Source: Candidatus Omnitrophota bacterium (GTDB taxonomy: Bacteria > Omnitrophota > Gorgyraeia > Zapsychrales > Fredricksoniimonadaceae). From it: DNA of 64,000 bases. The stretch's first letter is position 1. Each line of letters starts with the position of its first letter. The stretch covers positions 5,844 through 69,843 of the forward strand of contig CAIUQE010000048.1 of assembly GCA_903901225.1 (NCBI GenBank), in the 5' to 3' direction. Shown here piece after piece: positions 9,743 to 19,974 of the stretch. Both the position numbers and the translations under genes were made by a program. A model generated the notes under the pieces. That model was not told the DNA's origin and searched no databases. It saw only the letters and a program-made list of their open reading frames with translations.

Positions 9743-9967
9743 ATGGAAGCCTATCTGAAGTTTAACAAGGAAAAAGGCAGCGGCGGGGTTGTTGTGAGAT
9801 TGGATGAACGCTCGGCCAGAAACAGGGTGTTGTTGCTCCTGGAGAGGAAGAAACTGAAAGAAGCGTTTGAATTGTTCAGGGACGAGGCGCAGGTCTTGTC
9901 CTATGTGCCGCCTGAAACGCCTTTGCCGTCAGGGGCGTGGATAAGCCTGAACGAAGACCATCTTTAG
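9743..9967 (+). CDS. Small hypothetical protein (74 aa), divergent from the repressor
   Basis: Strong SD AAGGAGG and its own consensus promoter. Stop codon overlaps the korB stop. Confidence 0.75.
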   Translation: MEAYLKFNKEKGSGGVVVRLDERSARNRVLLLLERKKLKEAFELFRDEAQVLSYVPPETPLPSGAWISLNEDHL

Positions 9968-10887
9968 ATCAAGTACGGTTCAAGCAGCGTGCTGCGGTCC
10001 TTCTTGGCAGCCTTGGCTGTGATCCCTCTCAATGTCTCATCGTAGCGCGGCTTATTCTTGTTCTGATAAAATAGGCCGAAAAAGCGGCGTTCATCACCGG
10101 CAAATTTAAATGCCGTGACAATATCGCGCGGATCATGTTCGAGTGACTCTGTTTTAGCGGCCAGGCGTCCGTCAGGCGTGATCCCGCTGGCGTGTGTCAG
10201 GAAAGAGTACCAGCTTGAAGATTTCAGGTCAAAATTTGTTGGGTCGAAATGAACGCAACGCTGGCAGATATGGACAAACGCGAAGCCCGGATGGTCATAG
10301 GCGGCTTTTATCGTATTGGCCAGATGGTCCGGCATCCAGTCCGCGGTTGACGCAACAAATGAGGCCCCAAGGCCCAGTGCCACCGTCAGCGGGTTGAGCG
10401 CATTTAAAACGCTCCCGAACGGCTGTGTGCTGGTGGGATGATCCTTGCGCGTGGTGGGTGAGGTCTGGTTCTTGGTCAAGGCGTAGATCTCATTATCGTA
10501 CATCAGGAACACACAATTGAAATTCTTGTTGATCCCGTGCACCAGGTGGTTGCCGCCGATGCTCATGGAATCGCCGTCACCTGAATGGATGAAAATGTTA
10601 AGGTCAGGGCGGGTCAGCGCCAGCCCGGTAGCAACGGTAATGGCGCGGCCATGGATGGAGTGGATACCATAGGTGTTGAGGTAATTCGGCGCCCGGCCGG
10701 AGCAGCCTATCCCCGAAACATTGATGATCGATTCGGGTTTCAACTGGCGTTCGACGATAAAATGCTTGAGGGCGTTGAGTATCCCGAAGTCGCCGCAACC
10801 GGGGCACCAGCGCGGATTTTCCGTGTTGAGGTCTTTGAGCGTGAACGCCTCGGCGAGGGCCGGGGAAATATTAGTGGGCGATGTCAT
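9964..10887 (-). CDS. korB: 2-oxoacid:ferredoxin oxidoreductase beta subunit (TPP-binding)
   Basis: WCPGCGD, SGIGCS, IHGRA, GDGD...DNEIYALTKNQTSPT. Confidence 0.92.
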   Translation of the reverse strand: MTSPTNISPALAEAFTLKDLNTENPRWCPGCGDFGILNALKHFIVERQLKPESIINVSGIGCSGRAPNYLNTYGIHSIHGRAITVATGLALTRPDLNIFIHSGDGDSMSIGGNHLVHGINKNFNCVFLMYDNEIYALTKNQTSPTTRKDHPTSTQPFGSVLNALNPLTVALGLGASFVASTADWMPDHLANTIKAAYDHPGFAFVHICQRCVHFDPTNFDLKSSSWYSFLTHASGITPDGRLAAKTESLEHDPRDIVTAFKFAGDERRFFGLFYQNKNKPRYDETLRGITAKAAKKDRSTLLEPYLI

Positions 10888-12692
10888 TTTAAAACCTCCT
10901 TAACGCGTTCAACGATCACTTTGGGGCGAACGGGACGGCCTGTGGCCTCGGCCATGAGTGGCTGGATATCCACCAGGGCTTCGCTCCTTAACAGGAGGGC
11001 CAGGGGCGATGGTTTTAACGCGTCACCGTAGGCCACTTCGACGGACATGACCTTTTTGAATTTAGCGAAAACTTCTTTCAGCATCAGCGGCAAAGGATAA
11101 ACGACACGCAGGTGCATGCCGGAAACTTTTAAGCCCTGTTTCTGCGCCAGGCCGACGGCTTCTTCGATGGCCCCGCGGGTCGAACCCCAGCCGACGATGA
11201 GCAGGTCATTGGTTTCAGGCCCGAAAATTTCGGGGGCTGTTAACGCGCGCTGGACATGGTGCAGTTTTTCGTTGCGGACCACATGCGCCCGCTGGCTGGC
11301 TTTCGAGAAGGTGCTGACATGGCCCTGGATGTCCGTGGTAAGCCCCGTGGCCCGACGCATACCGCCCGGTGTCCCTGGAGTGCTTTGGAGCGACAAGACC
11401 ATTTCGATGTCCTTGGGGAGCCGTTTCAGATGGAAGCGCTCCAGGACAAAGTCGGGAATGGTGTCGACGTTGTCCAATTGGACGAGCTTGGGCTTGGAAA
11501 TGACCTTGTAACTGTTGGCTGTCTGGAAGTCACTCATAATAAAGACCGGCAGCCGCAGTTTTTCAGTCAGGTAGCGGGCAACATGCGGCGCGTAAAAGCA
11601 GTCGATCACGTTGGACACGCTGATAACGATCTTGGTGTGGTCGCCGTGGGAACCGAACGCCGCGGCCAGGAGGTCGGACTGTTCGGTCTTGGTCGGCATC
11701 CCTGTCGAGGGGCCGCCGCGCTGGACATCAAGGATGACGATCGGGATCTCCGCGGCCTGGGCGAAGCCGATGAATTCTTGTTTCAGTGAAAGCCCCGGGC
11801 CGGAGGTCGCGGTGATGGACGGTGTGCCGCCGAAATAGGCGCCGATGGCCGCGCCAATGGCCGCGATCTCGTCCTCAGCCTGGTGGACGTGCCCGCCGTA
11901 CGCGGGGAGTTCCCTGGCGAGCGTGTGCATCACCGAAGAAGCGGGGGTGATGGGATAACCGGAGAAAAGCTTAAAACCCGCGTCGATCACGCCGAGGCTC
12001 AGCGCCGTGTTGCCGTCAATGAGGATCTTTTCGCCCTCGCGCGGGGTCGTGTCGATCTGGTAGCGGAGAAGGTCAAGCCCCTTCGCCAGCTGGTAGCCGT
12101 TATGGTAAAGGCTGATGTTCTTTTCCATCACCTCTGGCTTGAGTTTTTTCCCGAAAGTCTTTTCGATCTCCTGTTTGACGATGTCCTCGTCCATGTTGTA
12201 GATGTAGGAGAGCATGCCAAGGTAATAAATATTCTGCCCTTTTCCAGATGTGCTTTGGAGGATGTCTTTGGAGGCCTGGTCGATGTCGAAGGTGATGACC
12301 TTAAGCCCGTCCTTGGCGCAGCGCTTGAGCACCGCGTCATATGATTCCGGATTCTTTTCGCGGTCGCCGGTGTCGAGCAGGAACACGCCTTGCTGGTTAT
12401 ATTCACCGTCATCAAGACGGCGGCTGAGGACGATCTCATGCGAAGCGATGGTCAGGTCCGTGTTGTTACCTATGTTCGTGATATCAAAATCGGCGAGGCG
12501 GATGATGACGCCGGAAAGGGCGGGTTTGCTGCGCGGCAAGGGGGATATTTCGGCCGGGATCATCGGCTCGACATAAACGTATTTGCCCATGGCGACAAAC
12601 GCGCTCAGAAGGATATCGCCGGACTTCTGGGCACCAAAACCAGCATCCATCAAAAGTTCAAAACGCGTGACCGAACGTTTTTCAATTGCCAT
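10884..12692 (-). CDS. korA: 2-oxoacid:ferredoxin oxidoreductase alpha subunit (fused gamma-alpha)
   Basis: GYPITP, QAEDEIAA, ATSGPGLSLK, DVQRGGPSTGMPTK, GWGST. Start moved to ATG 12692 with SD GAGGT. Substrate specificity is not determinable from sequence. Confidence 0.92.
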   Translation of the reverse strand: MAIEKRSVTRFELLMDAGFGAQKSGDILLSAFVAMGKYVYVEPMIPAEISPLPRSKPALSGVIIRLADFDITNIGNNTDLTIASHEIVLSRRLDDGEYNQQGVFLLDTGDREKNPESYDAVLKRCAKDGLKVITFDIDQASKDILQSTSGKGQNIYYLGMLSYIYNMDEDIVKQEIEKTFGKKLKPEVMEKNISLYHNGYQLAKGLDLLRYQIDTTPREGEKILIDGNTALSLGVIDAGFKLFSGYPITPASSVMHTLARELPAYGGHVHQAEDEIAAIGAAIGAYFGGTPSITATSGPGLSLKQEFIGFAQAAEIPIVILDVQRGGPSTGMPTKTEQSDLLAAAFGSHGDHTKIVISVSNVIDCFYAPHVARYLTEKLRLPVFIMSDFQTANSYKVISKPKLVQLDNVDTIPDFVLERFHLKRLPKDIEMVLSLQSTPGTPGGMRRATGLTTDIQGHVSTFSKASQRAHVVRNEKLHHVQRALTAPEIFGPETNDLLIVGWGSTRGAIEEAVGLAQKQGLKVSGMHLRVVYPLPLMLKEVFAKFKKVMSVEVAYGDALKPSPLALLLRSEALVDIQPLMAEATGRPVRPKVIVERVKEVLK

Positions 12693-12890
12693 GCGGACCT
12701 CGTTATTTGTTTGATTTGAGCGGCGTCTGTTAACCCAATTTTTCAATATAGCACCTATTCTTCGTTTGGCAATGGAAAGAAGATTTAACATATCCGCAAC
12801 TGATCTTGAATCGCCCCTTTACTTGCGTTTGAATGTATTTTATACTTTGTTTGTTCTAATGAGTTGTCGCCTTTAACCGGAGAGTGTCCC

Positions 12891-14255
12891 ATGTTCCCCA
12901 ACAATGACCTGAGAAAAGAACCGCGTTTAAAATTCAAGAATACCATTCAGTATGAAAAGATAAAGCGGAACGATGTTTACGGTTATGGCGCGCCTATTTC
13001 CACCACTGCCGTTGATATCGGCAGCCGTGGGATCGGTTTTTACGCCAACGAGGAATTTGACCTTAATTCCAACCTGCGCATCACCTGCAACATCGCTTCG
13101 AATGTCCTTGTTTCTTTCCAGGTGCGGGTTGTCAGGATGCAGATATTCACTGGCGGGATCATGAAGTTCATTGTGGGGACCGAGATCAAGGACATCACTG
13201 AGGACACCAGGGCCAAGCTTGATGCTTTCCTGGGGCGCATTAACATTTATCCGATCCTGGAATCAGGCATCCTCGACAATGTTTCCGACATGCATTTCAT
13301 GGCCGGACAGCCTCTCATTGTGAAGAAAAAAGGCACCCTTCTGCGCGTTGGCGAATCGCTCGACGAGTACACTGTAAAGAACCTGTTGCTGAACACGCTC
13401 GATGAAGACCGTTATGAAAAACTCATGAAGGAAAAAGACGTCAATTTTGTGTTCCATTATCATAACAAACGGTTCCGGGGCAATATCCATTTTCAGCAGG
13501 GGCGGCTGGAAGGCCTCTTCCGCGTCAGCAATTCCGCCGTCGAATCGCTTCAGCGCCTCGGCCTGCCGCCCGCCCTCGGGAATCTTGTCAGTAAGGCCAA
13601 AAAAGGCCTTGTGCTCATCGCCGGCAGGACGGGTGCCGGCAAGACCACGACATTGTCGTCGCTGATCAGCCACCTGGGGAAGGAAAGGTCGGACGTCATC
13701 GTCACCATCGAAGACCCGATCGAATATATCCATGACGCGGGCAAATGCATTATCAAGCAGCGCGAACTGGGGAGAGACACCCTTTCCTACGCGTCCGCGA
13801 TAAGTAACGCGTTAAAGCAAAACCCTGACATCCTGGTTATCGGCGAGATCCTCGATGCCGAGACCATGGCCCTGGTCCTGACCGCCGCCGAATCAGGCAT
13901 CCTGGTCTTCGCGACGATCAACGCGACAAGTACCATCCACGCTTTGGATCGCGTGGCATCGTTCTTCCCGGCCGACGCGCAAAAACATTTCCTCAACCGA
14001 CTGTCCCTTGTCTTAAAAGGCATCATTGTCCAGGAAATATTCCCCAAAGCCATGGATGACGGATTTATCCCAGCCGTCGAGGTGTTCCTTCCCGATGAAT
14101 CGACCCAGGCGATGCTGGCGGAAGGCGACTGGGAGAATATCCCTGCATTCATCCAGGCCGGAAAAAGCCGTGGTATGCGGTCCATAAAAGACTCCGTGGA
14201 AGAGCTTACATGCTGCGGGGCTATCGATATGGCTTATCTGAATGAATATGTCTAG
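12891..14255 (+). CDS. PilZ-domain / PilT-PilU family ATPase fusion
   Basis: N-terminal RKEPR and DIGSRG (PilZ-like). PilT core has SDMH, RFRGN, Walker A GRTGAGKTTT, Asp box TIEDPIEY, QRELGRDT and Walker B PDILVIGE. Start at ATG 12891 with SD GGAG. Confidence 0.85.
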   Translation: MFPNNDLRKEPRLKFKNTIQYEKIKRNDVYGYGAPISTTAVDIGSRGIGFYANEEFDLNSNLRITCNIASNVLVSFQVRVVRMQIFTGGIMKFIVGTEIKDITEDTRAKLDAFLGRINIYPILESGILDNVSDMHFMAGQPLIVKKKGTLLRVGESLDEYTVKNLLLNTLDEDRYEKLMKEKDVNFVFHYHNKRFRGNIHFQQGRLEGLFRVSNSAVESLQRLGLPPALGNLVSKAKKGLVLIAGRTGAGKTTTLSSLISHLGKERSDVIVTIEDPIEYIHDAGKCIIKQRELGRDTLSYASAISNALKQNPDILVIGEILDAETMALVLTAAESGILVFATINATSTIHALDRVASFFPADAQKHFLNRLSLVLKGIIVQEIFPKAMDDGFIPAVEVFLPDESTQAMLAEGDWENIPAFIQAGKSRGMRSIKDSVEELTCCGAIDMAYLNEYV

Positions 14256-14291
14256 CGCGGGGGCTGGCCAGTTACAAGGGAGAAATCGCTC

Positions 14292-15491
14292 TCAAATAAG
14301 CGACTGGTAAAGAGAATATGTTTTTTTGGCGATCGAAGGCCAGCTGAAATTGGCGATGGCGCGCTGGCGTCCCGCGGCGCCCATCCTGCGGCGCAGAGGT
14401 TCATCCCGCATCAGAAGGTTGATCTTCGCGGCCAGGTCCCGGGCGAACTGCCCGGGGTCAACGGGCTCGAACGACCCGCCGTTGTGCTGGGCGACCGGCA
14501 CCAGAAACCCTGTTTCTCCGTCGACAACAACTTCCTTGATCCCTCCCACGGCCGCGGCGACCACCGGTGTTTCGCACGCCATGGCTTCGAGGTTGATGAT
14601 CCCAAAGGGTTCGTAGATCGAAGGGCAGCAGAAAAGGGCGGCATGAGAATATAGGGCGATCTTCGTCCTTTCATCGAGCATTTCCCCGATCCAGATGATA
14701 TCGTCACGTTCTTTTTTTGCCGCCGCGACATGGGACTGCATTTCAGCGGCAATTTCTTGCGTGTCGGGAGCCCCGGCGCACAGCACGACCTGAAACCCCT
14801 TTGACATATGCCGGATCGCGTTCACAAGGTGGATGATCCCTTTTTGACGCGTGATGCGTCCGACAAAAAGGATATAAGGCCTTTGCGGGTCAACACCGAC
14901 GTGTTTCAGGATATCGGGCGCGGCTATAGGACGGTATTCATCGAGATCGATCCCGTTGTGGATCACGTGGATCCTGGCGGGGTCGACCTTGTAATATTTG
15001 AGGACATCATCTTTGGTATCCCCGGATACGGCGATGACGGCGTCAGCCATTTCGAGCGCCGTCTTTTCGACCCAAAGGCTGAAATCATAGCCGCCGGCGA
15101 GCTGTTCGCGCTTCCAGGGGCGCAGGGGCTCAAGGGAATGGGTGGTGATGACCAGGGGCAGCCCGTAGTTGAGCTTGGCCAGTATCCCGCCGAGATGGGT
15201 ATACCATGTGTGGCAATGGACCACGTCCGCGTCAATATTCGTCGTGTTGAAATCAAGGCTGCGCTGGATGGCGCTGAAAACAGAGGCTAGCGGCTTTGGG
15301 GACGTGAACGTCTTGTCGCCGGGAGGGAAGCCGGTCGCGGATAAATTCCCGTTGTGGAGGGCCTGGGTCCCGAAGCAGCGGACATCGACCGGGCCAAGTT
15401 TGGCCAGTTCGCGGCTGAGATAGTCGACATGGATACCGGCCCCGCCATAGATCGCGGGAGGGTATTCGTTGGTCAGGAGTAAGACTTTCAC
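14292..15491 (-). CDS. glgA: GT4 glycogen synthase, actinobacterial GlgA/GlgM type (probable alpha-maltose-1-phosphate synthase)
   Basis: EYPPAIYGGAGIHV, HTWY, HSLEPLRPWKREQL, FVGRITRQKG, EPFGIINLEAMA. Divergent from glgE. Confidence 0.88.
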   Translation of the reverse strand: MKVLLLTNEYPPAIYGGAGIHVDYLSRELAKLGPVDVRCFGTQALHNGNLSATGFPPGDKTFTSPKPLASVFSAIQRSLDFNTTNIDADVVHCHTWYTHLGGILAKLNYGLPLVITTHSLEPLRPWKREQLAGGYDFSLWVEKTALEMADAVIAVSGDTKDDVLKYYKVDPARIHVIHNGIDLDEYRPIAAPDILKHVGVDPQRPYILFVGRITRQKGIIHLVNAIRHMSKGFQVVLCAGAPDTQEIAAEMQSHVAAAKKERDDIIWIGEMLDERTKIALYSHAALFCCPSIYEPFGIINLEAMACETPVVAAAVGGIKEVVVDGETGFLVPVAQHNGGSFEPVDPGQFARDLAAKINLLMRDEPLRRRMGAAGRQRAIANFSWPSIAKKTYSLYQSLI

Positions 15492-15614
15492 ACCACAATA
15501 TTACTTCATGGCGTGGAATTAGCAAGGCGAAACTCCTCAAGTTATGGTTTTAATATTTTCAACTCGATGTTAAAATGCATGACATCATTGTTCCGTCAAC
15601 AGCAAAGGAATCCC

Positions 15615-17621
15615 ATGGCGAAGCGCATCAGGATCGTAGCGTCCCCAACACCTCCCAGGATCGTCATCGAAAATGTCACGCCCGAGATCGATGGCGGGAA
15701 TTTTCCGGTCAAGCGCATCGTCGGCGAACAGGTCGTTGTCCGGGCCAATGTTTTCGCGGACGGCCACGATGAGGTCAAGGCTGACCTCCTTTTCCGTAAA
15801 GCCGGTGATACGCAATGGCATGCTGTGGGCATGAAAGCCACTGGTAACGATGGCTGGGTTGGGGCTTTCCGGGTGACGGAACAGGTGGATCATTTTTATA
15901 CTGTGCGCGGGTATATTTGTGAATTTTCCTCCTGGTGCCATGACTTGAAGAAGAGAGTGGATGCCGGCAATGACGTGAGTGTTGACCTGAAGATCGGCAG
16001 CCTTCTTGTGCGTGACGCGGCGCAACGCGCGGATGCCGACGAGGCCAAGACCCTCCTCGCGTGGGCTGATGTGGTGGCGGATGCCGGGGACAGGGAAAAC
16101 GCCCTCAAGCGCGCGTTCAGCGATGAACTCTACAGGTTGATGGAGGCGCACATTGATCCGGCCCGTTGTCATGTTTATGAACGGGAGTTGAGGGTCAGTG
16201 TGGAACGAAAAAAAGCCGGCTTCAGCAGCTGGTATGAATTTTTCCCGCGTTCCTGGGGCCAGGTGCCGGGCAAGCACGGCACGTTCAAGGATTGCGAACG
16301 TATCCTTCCCGAGATCGCGCGCATGGGCTTCGACGTTATCTATTTGCCGCCGATCCACCCGATCGGGGAAGCGTTCAGAAAAGGCCGGAATAACGCGACC
16401 CGCTGCGCGGCTGATGATCCGGGTTCGCCGTGGGCCATCGGCGGCCGGGCCGGCGGGCATAAAGATATCAACCCCTTGCTGGGGACGCCGGAAGATCTCC
16501 GCTCATTTATAAAAACGGCCCGGGTGCACGGACTGGAACTCGCGCTGGATATCGCGTTCCAGTGTTCGCCGGACCATCCCTATTTGAAGGAACATCCGGA
16601 CTGGTTCAAATGGCGTCCCGACGGCACCGTGCAGTACGCCGAGAATCCGCCTAAAAAATATGAGGACATCGTCCCTTTCAATTACGACACCCAGGACCGC
16701 GAAGCCCTCTGGCAGGAATTGAAGGACGTCGTCCTCTTCTGGGCGGGGCAGGGGGTCCATATTTTTCGCGTGGATAATCCGCATACCAAGCCTTTCCTTT
16801 TTTGGGACTGGATGATCGCCGAGGTCAGAAAAATTTATCCTGATACGATCTTTCTTGCCGAGGCTTTCACGCGGCCGCATATCATGTACCGTCTGGCCAA
16901 GGGCGGCTTTACCCATTCGTACACGTATTTCACCTGGCGGAATACCAAGAAAGAATTCCAGGATTACCTGGGCGAATTGACCCGTACAGAGGTGGCGGAA
17001 TTCTTCCGCCCGAATTTCTGGCCCAATACACCCGATATCCTGGCGGAACACCTTCAGCATGCCGGGAGGACGGCCTTCACCATGCGCGCGGTGCTGGCCG
17101 CCACGTTGTCGTCGAATTTCGGCATCTACGGCCCTGCGTTCGAGCTTTGCGAGAATGAGCCTTTTCCTGGGAAAGAAGAATATAACCATTCTGAAAAGTA
17201 CGAGATCAAGGCCTGGGACTGGGACCGTCCGGGGAACATCAAGGAACTCCTCGCGCGGCTCAACAAGATCCGGCGGGAGAATCCGGCCCTGCAGATGACC
17301 CGTAATATTCGTTTTTGCGGGATCAGCAATGAACAGCTCCTGGCGTATTACAAGGCCACGGGGGATTTTTCCAACATCATTATTGTCGTCGTTAACCTTG
17401 ATCCGCGCCAGGCGCAGGGCGGGCTGATCGAACTGCCGTTGCATGAATTCGGGATAGCCCCAGACCGTTCTTACGCGGCGGAAGACCTCCTGAGCGGCGA
17501 GAAGTTCACCTGGAACGGCGATAAGAATTTCGTTAAACTCGACCCCGCGCGATCCCCGGCCCACATCATCCGCGTGACACGGCAGTCGCGGCAGGAACTC
17601 GAGTTTGACTACTTCCTATGA
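15615..17621 (+). CDS. glgE: Alpha-1,4-glucan:maltose-1-phosphate maltosyltransferase (GH13_3)
   Basis: WYEFFPRS, YLPPIHPIG, QCSPDHP, YAENPPKKYEDI, FRVDNPHTKP, FLAEAFTRP, WPNTPDIL. Start at ATG 15615 with SD AAGGA. Confidence 0.95.
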   Translation: MAKRIRIVASPTPPRIVIENVTPEIDGGNFPVKRIVGEQVVVRANVFADGHDEVKADLLFRKAGDTQWHAVGMKATGNDGWVGAFRVTEQVDHFYTVRGYICEFSSWCHDLKKRVDAGNDVSVDLKIGSLLVRDAAQRADADEAKTLLAWADVVADAGDRENALKRAFSDELYRLMEAHIDPARCHVYERELRVSVERKKAGFSSWYEFFPRSWGQVPGKHGTFKDCERILPEIARMGFDVIYLPPIHPIGEAFRKGRNNATRCAADDPGSPWAIGGRAGGHKDINPLLGTPEDLRSFIKTARVHGLELALDIAFQCSPDHPYLKEHPDWFKWRPDGTVQYAENPPKKYEDIVPFNYDTQDREALWQELKDVVLFWAGQGVHIFRVDNPHTKPFLFWDWMIAEVRKIYPDTIFLAEAFTRPHIMYRLAKGGFTHSYTYFTWRNTKKEFQDYLGELTRTEVAEFFRPNFWPNTPDILAEHLQHAGRTAFTMRAVLAATLSSNFGIYGPAFELCENEPFPGKEEYNHSEKYEIKAWDWDRPGNIKELLARLNKIRRENPALQMTRNIRFCGISNEQLLAYYKATGDFSNIIIVVVNLDPRQAQGGLIELPLHEFGIAPDRSYAAEDLLSGEKFTWNGDKNFVKLDPARSPAHIIRVTRQSRQELEFDYFL

Positions 17622-18754
17622 CAAGAGCACGGATCAATCTTAAACGGATGTTTCTTTGCACTGTGTTCAGCCTCGCGATGTTATTGACGGTGGCCGAGCG
17701 CTCTTTTGCCGACCAGTCCGCTCCTCGCGGGATATTCGTCACGCTCATTGATAAAGAGCCGGTGCTGGCCAGCAAGAGCCAGATCAATGAACTTGTCGCT
17801 TTCGCCCAGAAAGCGAAGGTCACGACGCTTTTTGTCCAGATCTACCGCGCCAACCGGGCCTGGTTCCCGTCCAGGATGGCCGAGCAGGAGCAGTACAGAA
17901 GAGCATTGAAGAGCGTTGGAGAAGACCCGTTCGCTCTCCTGATCCGGCTGGCTCATGCCAGGAATATCCAGGTTCATGCCTGGCTCAACGTGCTGAGCCT
18001 CAGCAAGAATACCCAGTCGCCGCTGCTGAAGAAATACGGCCCAAGTATCCTGACAAGGAATTTAGAGCCCAAAGTTTCTCTCAAGGACTATGAGATCGAC
18101 GGCCAGTATTTCCTTGAGCCGGGGGACTTGCGCGTACGCAAGGAACTGGCCAATATGGTCGAGGAAGTTGTGCGGTCGTATCCCGAGCTCGACGGCATTC
18201 AGTTCGATTATATCCGTTATCCAGATTCACATCCGGCTTATGGTTACACCGAGATGAATGTCGGGCGATTCAAGAAGGCCACTAAACTTCAGGTGTTCAA
18301 CGAAAATACCCCGGCGTGGCGCGAATGGAAAAGGGATCAGGTTACTGAGCTCCTGCGCAAACTGGTGCGCCGGGCGCGATCCCTCAACGATAACCTGCAT
18401 CTTTCAACGACAGGGTGCATGTCTTATTCCCGCGCCTACAACGAAGCGTTCCAGGACTGGCCGTCATGGATCGACAAGGGCTACGCGGAATTCGTGACGG
18501 CCATGAGTTATCCGGAAACGGTTGAAGAATTCAGCAAGGACATCGAGGACGCCAGGAAAAGGGTGCGGGACTTCAGAAAAATATACCTGGCCACGCCCGC
18601 GTACAAGTTCCCGAAAACATCAGATGTTTATATCCGGCAGTTCAACCTTTGCAAGGATTCGGGAGCGGGCGCCTGTATTGTGTTCCATTACGGGAGCCTG
18701 ATCGTCAATCCGGCTTTAAAACAATATATCAGGAACATTCCCAGGACGGAATGA
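17618..18754 (+). CDS. Secreted GHL10/DUF187-like glycoside hydrolase
   Basis: Signal peptide, AHARNIQVHAW, LDGIQFDYIRYP, QDW. ATGA overlap with glgE. Confidence 0.8.
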   Translation: MTRARINLKRMFLCTVFSLAMLLTVAERSFADQSAPRGIFVTLIDKEPVLASKSQINELVAFAQKAKVTTLFVQIYRANRAWFPSRMAEQEQYRRALKSVGEDPFALLIRLAHARNIQVHAWLNVLSLSKNTQSPLLKKYGPSILTRNLEPKVSLKDYEIDGQYFLEPGDLRVRKELANMVEEVVRSYPELDGIQFDYIRYPDSHPAYGYTEMNVGRFKKATKLQVFNENTPAWREWKRDQVTELLRKLVRRARSLNDNLHLSTTGCMSYSRAYNEAFQDWPSWIDKGYAEFVTAMSYPETVEEFSKDIEDARKRVRDFRKIYLATPAYKFPKTSDVYIRQFNLCKDSGAGACIVFHYGSLIVNPALKQYIRNIPRTE

Positions 18755-18775
18755 ACCACGAATCCGGGGGCTTGT

Positions 18776-19174
18776 ATGCAAGTTGAGATCTTTTCCATCA
18801 GCGATGCCGCGACGAGCGAGAATGGAAAGCTGAACATCCTTGGGGCGTTTGACACCATCTGGGTCAGGCAATTCCCGGCCCTGTATCCGCACTGCGCGGT
18901 GGCGGTGAGGATGCGATTTTTATCGCTGGAGCAGGGCGATCATGCTTTGGTGGTCCGGTTCATGGACGCGGACGGCGTGAATGTCCTGCCGCCGGCCAGC
19001 GGGTCATTTTCCATTACGATGCCCGAAACCCAGCGCACGGCCTCTGCCGATATCGTGCTTAACATCCAGGCATTGAACCTTATCAAGCCGGGGGAGTATT
19101 CGCTGGAATTGCTGGTCGATGGTGAGAATATCCGTTCCCTGCCTCTTTTCGTTAAGGATGCCCCCAGGCCCTAG
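18776..19174 (+). CDS. Hypothetical beta-sandwich protein (DUF6941-like)
   Basis: DAA...GKLNILGAFD and PGEYSLELLVDG patterns; operonic position. Confidence 0.65.
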   Translation: MQVEIFSISDAATSENGKLNILGAFDTIWVRQFPALYPHCAVAVRMRFLSLEQGDHALVVRFMDADGVNVLPPASGSFSITMPETQRTASADIVLNIQALNLIKPGEYSLELLVDGENIRSLPLFVKDAPRP

Positions 19175-19176
19175 CT

Positions 19177-19941
19177 ATGCTCCAGGACGCGCACATCCAT
19201 ATCCAGGACCTGAAGAACAGTGCATTTATTGATGATTTTTTGAACGCGGCATCGGCGCAGGCCATTGACCGTTTCTTTGGTTGCGCGATCACGCCGGCCG
19301 ATTGGCCTATGGTCGAGTCCCTGGCTTCCCGTTGCCATGGCTTAGTCCCGTTCTTCGGGATACATCCCTGGTTTGCGGACATGCCGACACCTGGCTGGGA
19401 GAATGACCTGCGCGCCCTTCTTGAGAAATATCCCGGTGCCGGCGTGGGCGAGACCGGGCTGGACAGAACCCGCAAGAACATCGACATGGATGTCCAGAAA
19501 GATATATTCCGGCGTCATCTGGTGATCGCCCGTGAGTTTTCAAGGCCCTTCGCCCTTCATTGCGTCAGGGCATGGCCGGATACGCTGGCGTTGATCAAAG
19601 AGAATGCCGGGGGCCTCGCGTTCTGCGCGCATTCCTTCTACGGGACCCCGGAGATCCTTGCTGAGGTTCTGTCTCTTGGCGGGTACGCCAGTTTCTCAGC
19701 CAAACAATTGCTCAAACCCGATGACATCTTAAAGCCTCTTGTGGCGGCAACACCTGTTGACCGAATTCTCATTGAGACCGATTTTCCTTATCAGACAAAA
19801 TGGACCACATCCGCGGATTACGTCAGCACCCTGCGCTTGGCCTATGAGGTGGCGGCCGGGATCAAGGGGCTGAAGCTACAAGAATTCACGGAAGCAGTTT
19901 TTAAGACCGGGGCTGTACTTAGTAAATTCGTGCCCAGTTAA
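19177..19941 (+). CDS. tatD: TatD-family metal-dependent hydrolase/DNase
   Basis: DAHIH, GIHPW, GETGLD, LHCVRA, HSF, IETDFP. Confidence 0.9.
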   Translation: MLQDAHIHIQDLKNSAFIDDFLNAASAQAIDRFFGCAITPADWPMVESLASRCHGLVPFFGIHPWFADMPTPGWENDLRALLEKYPGAGVGETGLDRTRKNIDMDVQKDIFRRHLVIAREFSRPFALHCVRAWPDTLALIKENAGGLAFCAHSFYGTPEILAEVLSLGGYASFSAKQLLKPDDILKPLVAATPVDRILIETDFPYQTKWTTSADYVSTLRLAYEVAAGIKGLKLQEFTEAVFKTGAVLSKFVPS

Positions 19942-19974
19942 CTGCAAACAATAAGTGAATTTATGTTTAGTGGG

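Noticed and set aside
8916-9967. Prophage suggested by the CI-like repressor
   Set aside because: There are no integrase, replication or structural phage genes, and the flanks are housekeeping genes.
16503-17564. Long antisense ORFs (353 aa here; also 15585-16460, 44499-45380, 60586-61335)
   Set aside because: They lie opposite well-supported genes and are expected in GC-rich coding DNA.
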